NCBI GenBank assembly: GCA_964492615.1
Contig: CAZBKZ010000001.1
Coordinates: 33,354 to 97,353, forward strand
From: an uncultured Syntrophomonadaceae bacterium
GTDB lineage: Bacteria; Bacillota; Dethiobacteria; DTU022
DNA length: 64,000 bases
Direction of reading: 5' to 3'
Shown here: positions 54,420 to 61,395 of the stretch, in pieces
Position numbering within the stretch: the stretch's first letter is position 1
How the letters are laid out: the number at the start of each line of letters is the position of its first letter
Translations under genes and position numbers: made by a program
The notes under the pieces: model-generated
Told to the model about the DNA's origin: nothing
What the model saw: only the letters and a program-made list of their open reading frames with translations
The model's database searches: none

Positions 54420-55271
54420 TTAAAGCTCGCGCCAGTTCCAATCTCTGCCGCCTTTAAAAACATTGGCATTCATTTCGTTACTGAGGTTAAGCAGCACAGA
54501 GTTAGGGAAGTGGACAAACATTGTATAGAAGAACTCAGCTGCGCTGTTTGTTTCTTCCAGGGCTTTCTCTGTCAGCTCAACATATTTCCTGGTATAATCA
54601 ATTGAACTGTAATCAAAAGGCATTCCCGGTTTTTGGTGGCCGGGAATCACAATATCAGGTTCCAGTGTTTTAAGAAAATCAAGATCCTTAATCCACTGCT
54701 GCCGTTCTTCTTTGGTAAGCTCACAAGTAAATGGATGTGCCTCATTGAAAAGAAGGTCGCTACCGTAAAGGGTTTTGATTGAAGGAATCCAAACTACCGA
54801 GTTGTATCTCATATCACCCATTAGTTTAGGAATAACTTCAAGGCGATGGCCTTCAAGTTCAAAGTAGTTTTCTTTCAACGGTTTGATTTTAACTGTTTTA
54901 CGGCAAACGTTCATTTTACCTATTACGTTTTCCCAGTGTTCAATCTTACCAAAAAACTGTTCATTAATCATATCGCAGTCTTCCTGCAAAGCCAGTACTT
55001 CGGCTTCAGGAAATTCATCTGCTATATGACCCAGACCAAAATAATGATCAGGGTGGGAGTGGCTAACAAATATTTTAGTTAACTTTTTACCCGTTTCCAA
55101 TATTTCAGCAATTACCCGGTGAGCGTTGGAACGAGTCCACTGGGTGTCAAGCAGAGCAGCTTCTTTTTCACCCATAACGATAACAGATGCAACCCTGAAT
55201 CCTGGTTCGTTGGCAAAGTATGTCTTTGTTGATAGCTTCCCTTCACCGTGTGTGTTTAATCTAACTTCCAT
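54420..55271 (-). CDS. MBL-fold metallo-hydrolase
   Basis: ORF track, 283 aa. The HSHPDH (HxHxDH) motif plus a downstream His/Asp pattern. Confidence 0.82.
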   Translation of the reverse strand: MEVRLNTHGEGKLSTKTYFANEPGFRVASVIVMGEKEAALLDTQWTRSNAHRVIAEILETGKKLTKIFVSHSHPDHYFGLGHIADEFPEAEVLALQEDCDMINEQFFGKIEHWENVIGKMNVCRKTVKIKPLKENYFELEGHRLEVIPKLMGDMRYNSVVWIPSIKTLYGSDLLFNEAHPFTCELTKEERQQWIKDLDFLKTLEPDIVIPGHQKPGMPFDYSSIDYTRKYVELTEKALEETNSAAEFFYTMFVHFPNSVLLNLSNEMNANVFKGGRDWNWREL

Positions 55272-55298
55272 GGTAAAACCTCCTCCTATTTGCCACGA

Positions 55299-56450
55299 CT
55301 AAAGTTCGTATGTTTTCTTGAGAAGTTTCAGTACTGTATCAGCATCAATTTCTTTCGGAATAAAGTGCGCACAATCATCATTAAGCACCTTGGGCGCTAC
55401 TTTTTCAATCTCACTTATGTCAATATCCAAATCCTTCATAACCGGAAGACCAATGCTCTTTGTAAATTCTCTGATTGCGTCGGCAACTTTTTCACCGGCT
55501 TCAACAGGAGCAAGTCCTTCAATGTCTACACCTATGGCAGAAGCAATGATCTTAATCTTATCAGGAGCCTGATCGGCAACATATTCCACTACAATTGGCT
55601 GGGCAACCGAGCAAAGCTCCCCATGATTTTTATGGAAAATAGCTCCCAATGTATGGGCAATAGCATGGCCAAGCTGCGGAGGAGCATCGTTAAAAGCTAT
55701 CCCGGCGATCATTGCAGCCAGGCTCAGCTTGGATCTTATTTCTTTATTGTCGGGATCCTTTATCGCCTTGGGAAGGTTCTCGTAAACCAACCGAATTGTT
55801 CTTTCAGCCAGGATATCGGAAACAGGGTTTGCTGCAACTGATGTTAATGCTTCAATACCATGTGAAAAAGCATCAATTCCTGTAACTGCAGTCAGGTGTG
55901 CCGGCAAACCTACTGTATAGATTGGGTCAACAATCGCCAGACTGGCCACGCATGGCGCCCCAATTACTCCGCTCTTTATATCCTTTTCAGTATCGCTGAC
56001 CACGCTGATGGCGTTGACTTCACTACCTGTTCCGGCAGTTGTTGGAATTAAAACCAGGGTTTTGCCGGGCTTAAGAGGTATGCTCTTGTCAAAATACTGA
56101 GTAACCGGAGAAGGGTTGCCCAGTAAAACATTAATTGCTTTAGCCGCATCAAGAGCACTTCCGCCCCCAATTGCCACAATCCCATCAATACCCTGCGCCT
56201 TGGCAAATGCTGCTCCCTCTTCTACTACTTCCGCCGGTGGATCGGGGACAACCTTGTCATAAGGAACAGTTTCGATGCCTTCCTTTTGAATTAGGCCGAG
56301 GATCTTATCGGCAATACCGGTTCTTTTAATTACGCTACCATGTACTACAAGAACTTTTTTACATCCCATCTCCTTCAGTTTAGCTCCAACCTGTTCCGAA
56401 GCACCATAACCAAAAAGAATCGGGGGGGTGGGGTGAATATTATAAATCAT
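55299..56450 (-). CDS. Iron-containing (group III) alcohol dehydrogenase
   Basis: ORF track, 383 aa. GGGSALDAAK and the His cluster (AFSHGIEAL, GHAIAHTLG). Confidence 0.88.
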   Translation of the reverse strand: MIYNIHPTPPILFGYGASEQVGAKLKEMGCKKVLVVHGSVIKRTGIADKILGLIQKEGIETVPYDKVVPDPPAEVVEEGAAFAKAQGIDGIVAIGGGSALDAAKAINVLLGNPSPVTQYFDKSIPLKPGKTLVLIPTTAGTGSEVNAISVVSDTEKDIKSGVIGAPCVASLAIVDPIYTVGLPAHLTAVTGIDAFSHGIEALTSVAANPVSDILAERTIRLVYENLPKAIKDPDNKEIRSKLSLAAMIAGIAFNDAPPQLGHAIAHTLGAIFHKNHGELCSVAQPIVVEYVADQAPDKIKIIASAIGVDIEGLAPVEAGEKVADAIREFTKSIGLPVMKDLDIDISEIEKVAPKVLNDDCAHFIPKEIDADTVLKLLKKTYEL

Positions 56451-56631
56451 TCATAACACTCCTTTGTATTATTATAGTAATTGTGGAACAAACCGCGATA
56501 TAAATTTCCCTTATCACCGCCTTTGCACAATTGTTTTATAAACAATAAATAGCTAAATTAACAAGCGCCAGATGTTTACCTTTATTTATTTCGACATTTT
56601 AACAAATAACCCTACCTGGCTAACAGTCTAT

Positions 56632-57939
56632 TTACAAAAGGCCGGGCAACCAGAGGCCGACTTTCGGGAATATCATAACAAGAATGATTACAGCCATCTG
56701 GATCAGGAAATAGGGCACTCCACCACGGTATACATCATGCATTTCCACTTCGTCGCATGAACCTTTAAGAGCATAAAGCACCATGCCAACAGGGGGAGTG
56801 ATGCCGGCAATACCGGTTGTGATCAGGATTAATACACAGAACCAGAGGGGGTCGAAACCAAGAGCAATTACTGCAGGTGTAAAAAGTGGCACAGTAATCA
56901 TCATCATGGCGATCGAATCCATAAAACAGCCGAGAACTAAGATACAGCCAATCATTATAGCAACAATAAAGTACGGACCTACTGGCGCATTAACTATCGA
57001 ATTAACAATAGACGGCCCTGCACCAGTCAGAGTAAGCACCCTGCCAAAAATACTCGAAGTAGAAATAATCAAAAAAAGCATGCTGGTCATCTTTGCCGAA
57101 GCCATCAGACTGTCAACGAAAATTTTCCAGGTTAGTCTTCTGTAAACCAGGGCCAACAGTATTGTGCCAATAGCTCCCAATGCTGCGGCTTCAGTTGCTG
57201 TTGCAATACCTAAAAAGATCACGCCCAAAACCAGTAAAACAATAATTCCGAGAGGCAAAGCCTTTGCAATTCTTAAAAGAACTTCTTTAAAAGGATACCT
57301 GTATTCTTGTTCTACTTTATCAGGGACAAGGTGCGGCCATATTTTGCTGGATACCAGAATAAAAACTATAAATAGGGCCGAGCAAATTAGCCCCGGAAGC
57401 AAGCCGCCAATCAGAACCCGGTTTGGAGACACTTCCGCAAGAGTTGCCAGGATAATGGCCAGCGAACTTGGTGGAATAAGGGTTGCCAGGGCTGCCCCTC
57501 CAAGAGCGGTCCCGCAGGCAAACCACTTGGTATAACCATGCCTGAGCATTCTGGGAACCAGCGTAGCTCCAAGAGTAGCCCCAGTTGCTATCGGGGCCCC
57601 ACTGAGTACAGCAAGCACAGTTCCCGTACCTACTGTAAGAATTGCATCCTGCGTTCTTAATTTACCAAAAATGCTTTCTGAAGCATTTGTTACCAGATCA
57701 ATAAACTGACATCGAACAATAATCTCTCCCATAATTATAAATAGAGGCACGGCAATTAAAACAAAGGAATTAAGGGATGCAAACATTCCCACAGCAATTA
57801 AGCTGAAAAACCTGGTGCCGCTGTGCAAAACAAGAACAGTTATATTAGCCGCCATGAATGATAATGCTACAGGAAAACCAAGCAGCATCAATGCAAAAAA
57901 TACTCCAAGCAGCACAAGGATAACTACTGATACTTCCAT
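56632..57939 (-). CDS. TRAP transporter large permease (DctM type)
   Basis: ORF track 56632..57957. Polytopic. The start is set at ATG 57939, 6 nt after GAGGAGG. Confidence 0.88.
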   Translation of the reverse strand: MEVSVVILVLLGVFFALMLLGFPVALSFMAANITVLVLHSGTRFFSLIAVGMFASLNSFVLIAVPLFIIMGEIIVRCQFIDLVTNASESIFGKLRTQDAILTVGTGTVLAVLSGAPIATGATLGATLVPRMLRHGYTKWFACGTALGGAALATLIPPSSLAIILATLAEVSPNRVLIGGLLPGLICSALFIVFILVSSKIWPHLVPDKVEQEYRYPFKEVLLRIAKALPLGIIVLLVLGVIFLGIATATEAAALGAIGTILLALVYRRLTWKIFVDSLMASAKMTSMLFLIISTSSIFGRVLTLTGAGPSIVNSIVNAPVGPYFIVAIMIGCILVLGCFMDSIAMMMITVPLFTPAVIALGFDPLWFCVLILITTGIAGITPPVGMVLYALKGSCDEVEMHDVYRGGVPYFLIQMAVIILVMIFPKVGLWLPGLL

Positions 57940-57995
57940 GACAAACCTCCTCAACAACCTGTCATATAAATAACTAAACTTACAGCGAAAGCTGT

Positions 57996-58553
57996 TTAGT
58001 TTGTATCAACAACCTCGCCCGGGCTTCCAATATTAGTTCCAGAATTACTACCTTTAAATAAACCTTTAAATTCTGTCCAGGTTTGAATCAAAAATTCTAT
58101 AACCATGAATAACCAACCAATTGGCATAAAGATCATCAGGTAAACAAGCGGAAATCTGATTGGATAATCGGTAGACATACCTTCTGCCCATACATTATTG
58201 ATTACATAATCTCCGGTCGCGTAAAGCAGAAAACAACAAAAACCAAAGCCAAGCAATTTCATAATTGCACTATTAACAGCACGGACACGTTCACCAAACT
58301 TATCAGTCATAAAAGTAACAGATATGTGCGCTTTTTGACTTAAAACCCATGCGGCACCCAGGAAAGTTACCAAAAACAACGAATAACCGCTAAACTGCAT
58401 TACGAACTGAATTGAGTAATTGAAAAAATATCGCGCAACAACTTCTGTTGTAATTAAAAGCATAGCAAAAACAATAATCATTGAACAAATAGCCGATGTT
58501 AATTTATACCAAAAGCTAATAAGACGGTTAAAAATCTCAGTTACTTTGGCCAT
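57996..58553 (-). CDS. TRAP transporter small permease (DctQ type)
   Basis: ORF track, 185 aa. 4 TM segments, located between the dctP-type and dctM-type genes. Confidence 0.78.
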   Translation of the reverse strand: MAKVTEIFNRLISFWYKLTSAICSMIIVFAMLLITTEVVARYFFNYSIQFVMQFSGYSLFLVTFLGAAWVLSQKAHISVTFMTDKFGERVRAVNSAIMKLLGFGFCCFLLYATGDYVINNVWAEGMSTDYPIRFPLVYLMIFMPIGWLFMVIEFLIQTWTEFKGLFKGSNSGTNIGSPGEVVDTN

Positions 58554-58650
58554 ACCGCAATTTCAACCTCACCTTCTGTTTAGGATATGGCGCACCCGGC
58601 AGGCTGAAGATACAGCCTGCCGGGGTGCGTCACAACAAAAAACGTAATTA

Positions 58651-59718
58651 CTAGTTAACAGGGCTGTAAGGCCCGACAAACCTGCCTTGAGGCGGAGCAT
58701 TCAGTTTTTCATGTATTTCTATGATGCGGTCCGCCATTTCATCGCCACTGTTGGGTCTTACAGCAACTTCAATATACTTGTCAAAGAAGATGTCGTAGAA
58801 CTCCTGTGCTTCTGTGCCTTCAAAGGTAATGTCAACAACACCTTTTTCATCTGCAGTGTCAAACAGGTGAGTTATTTGATCAACAGCAAATTGTTCGAAT
58901 AAAGGTGCGGCCTCTTCAACTGCTTCATATAACGCAACCTGCAAGTGCTCAGGTAAAGCCTCAACACTGTCAACGTTGGCAAAAATAACACTGAGAACAA
59001 AAGCAAAAGAAGGGTAGATGTTATAGGGGGCAACTTCATAATAGTTCCAGCTGTCATAAGTAGCCGTTGAACTGATCGCTCCATCTATAACTCCCTGCTG
59101 CAGCGAGTCGATAGTGTCAGCATCGCTCATAAACATTGATGTTGCACCCAAGGCTTCAAGCGCAGGCATATATGCTGCAGGGCTTCTCAGCCTTTTGCCC
59201 CTGAGATCATCAACACTGTCAATTGGGTCTTTCATAAAAATGTGCATAGTTCCTGCCGGACATTCGGTGATTAAAGTTGCATTGTATTTTTCACGGTGGG
59301 TCTGGTCAATAAGTTCAAACAGTCCAGCCGCTTCACGTTCTTCTTTGGTTCCCCAAGTATAAGCAATTGCTGTTCCTTCGGGAAGGTCCTGTAGATAAAA
59401 AGCAGGAGTTGTTCCAATCAGATCAAGGGTTCCATCGGCAAGCAGTTTAATCTGATCCGGGGAAGGGAATGTTTCAGGGCCTGAAACATTGATAATTAAC
59501 TGACCTTCTGTTTTCTCTTCCAGGACTTCAATAAAGATATCAAAAACATCACGCATAATGTCGCCGGGGACCCAACCTGAAGCTGCTTCCCATACTATCG
59601 GATCTGTAACCTGCTCAGCTGGTTGATCTCCTGCCGGCTCTGTAGATCCTCCACAACCTGTAACGAACAATGCCATAACCATTAACAACGATAAAGCTAC
59701 AAATAATACTTTTTTCAT
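58651..59718 (-). CDS. TRAP transporter substrate-binding protein (DctP type), lipoprotein
   Basis: ORF track, 355 aa. Lipobox FVTGC. GAGGAGG lies 8 nt before the ATG. Confidence 0.82.
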   Translation of the reverse strand: MKKVLFVALSLLMVMALFVTGCGGSTEPAGDQPAEQVTDPIVWEAASGWVPGDIMRDVFDIFIEVLEEKTEGQLIINVSGPETFPSPDQIKLLADGTLDLIGTTPAFYLQDLPEGTAIAYTWGTKEEREAAGLFELIDQTHREKYNATLITECPAGTMHIFMKDPIDSVDDLRGKRLRSPAAYMPALEALGATSMFMSDADTIDSLQQGVIDGAISSTATYDSWNYYEVAPYNIYPSFAFVLSVIFANVDSVEALPEHLQVALYEAVEEAAPLFEQFAVDQITHLFDTADEKGVVDITFEGTEAQEFYDIFFDKYIEVAVRPNSGDEMADRIIEIHEKLNAPPQGRFVGPYSPVN

Positions 59719-60004
59719 TAATATTTCCTCCTCTTTTCTCGCACTTCTAGACTGAAAATAACAACTGCTTAAAAAACTATAAGCATCACTCCCTATTTAA
59801 TTTTTATTTTGAGAATAATGTACTTGCTAAAGTATGCAAAATATAAATAAATTTGAAGGATAATTCCTTTCCTATAGCCTCTGTAACATCAGAGGGTTTG
59901 AATCCAAATTATGCTTTCTCCATTATTCATCAATCACATCTGCTATTATACAAACCTGACCAGTTATAAGCGAACAGATCGTAACAAAGGTTACTATATA
60001 ACAT

Positions 60005-60020
60005 TGCAATTCTTGTGCCA
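60005..60020 (-). promoter_or_regulatory. Sigma-54 (-24/-12) promoter of TRAP operon 2
   Basis: The minus strand reads TGGCAC-AAGAA-TTGCA, a perfect match to TGGCAC-N5-TTGCA. It lies about 290 nt upstream of the dctP-type start in a 600-nt ORF-free spacer. Confidence 0.7.
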
Positions 60021-60322
60021 ATTGCTAAATTAAATTCTTTCTACCATCTAAATCCATACAACACCTACAACTACGGCAACTGCAACAAAAATAAAGGTTT
60101 TCAATTTGGTATTCTATAATAACTTGTTTCATTTTGAAATAGATCGTTTGACTGTTTCATTCAGCCTATGAGACATATAGGACTAATTCCAAACCTGCAG
60201 ACTCCCTGTAACTATGCATTATGAAATAACAATGTAATCAACCAGGGATTACACAAGCAGAAAACCGATTAGAAGTTACAGATGGAATAAGCATCTATAC
60301 AATTAAAATTTAATACCCGGCA

Positions 60323-60523
60323 TTACTTAGTTTCCTTCTCGGGTTTTTCCATCAAGACTCTTTCTTTGAAATACAGGCAGGGCATTCCTGAGGAATTGCT
60401 GACTACATCAGCGGGGAAATAACGTGATTTAAAATTAAGCGCTCTGCAACCCCGGGGAAACTTGTTATCCCAGGTCACATAATAGTGTATACATTTCAAA
60501 CAGTTAACTCTCATAACAGTCAC
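60323..60523 (-). CDS. Small (66 aa) Cys-containing hypothetical protein
   Basis: ORF track. MTVMRVNCLKCIHYYVTWDNKFPRGCRALNFKSRYFPADVV..., with CxxC plus two more Cys. It lies 38 nt downstream of msrA on the same strand. Confidence 0.55.
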   Translation of the reverse strand: MTVMRVNCLKCIHYYVTWDNKFPRGCRALNFKSRYFPADVVSNSSGMPCLYFKERVLMEKPEKETK

Positions 60524-60561
60524 CTTGGCTCAACCGATCATGCAGAACCTCCTTCTTGCTT

Positions 60562-61395
60562 TTATTTGAGATACCTTTCGAGATCATTGATCCCGGAGAC
60601 TGACAAACCGTATTCTGACAGCTCCGCCTCTACCAGATTAGGATTTGCATAGCCTCCGATTATACCATTTAAGCGAGCAGCTGCCGTTGAATTAACAAAG
60701 TCTTGAAACTCTTTAAAGTAACCCTTAATTTCTGAAGACAGGTTATTATCTCCTTGCAAATAATACTTCTGGTGATAATCTTCGGCAAGATAAAAGTATT
60801 TATAAGGTATTATTAACGTATTTACTTCTTCCCCCAAGACCTTCTCCCAAGCCTCTTTGCTTTCCAAGGCATCCCTTTTCTGCTCGTCGTTATGATAAAA
60901 AATGATTGAAATATACTGCCTGGAATACTGGGGACCGACAGGGTTATGCCCGTTCCAGAAAAGTTCCAGAATCTCTTTGTAACTTACCTGGGCCGGATCA
61001 TAATCTATCTGTAGTGTCTCAGTATGATCTCCCAGTTGATAGTAAGTGGGGTTTTCAGTTGAACCGCCGGCATAGCCAACCCTGGTGCGGTAAACTCCTT
61101 TAACCTGCCCGAACCGGGCATCAGGACCCCAGAATCAGCCCATGGCCAGGGTGGCTGTTTCCATTTTGTCAGGGACCTGAAGATCAACAGGTGGAATCAT
61201 AAGCTCTTTTTCCCGATTGTTATCTGTTACCATACCTGAAACCTCCTTATCCAACTCTTCTTTATGAACATGATCATCGGAGTATCCTGCACAGGAGACC
61301 ATAAAGGAAAGCCCTGCTATTGTTAATGTAAAAATATAAAGTATCTTTACTAATTGATTATTTCTGCTGCCGGTGTTTTTATTCATTCTATTCAC
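60562..61395 (-). CDS. msrA: Peptide-methionine (S)-S-oxide reductase MsrA, predicted selenoprotein (TGA at 61135-61137 read as Sec), with a signal/lipoprotein-like N-terminus and a C-terminal extension
   Basis: This joins track ORFs 61135..61395 and 60562..60867 with the open stretch between them. The read-through gives ...ATLAMG-U-FWGPDARFGQVKGVYRTRVGYAGGSTENPTYYQLGDHTETLQIDYDP...YLAEDYHQKYY. The TGA replaces the Cys of GCFWG. The start is GTG 61395 or ATG 61386. Confidence 0.75.
61106..61120 (-). promoter_or_regulatory. SECIS-like hairpin downstream of the msrA UGA
   Basis: The mRNA can fold UGCCCG-GUU-CGGGCA, starting 15 nt after the UGA, with G/U residues in the apex. Flanking CCU/AGG can extend the stem. 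Confidence 0.55.
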
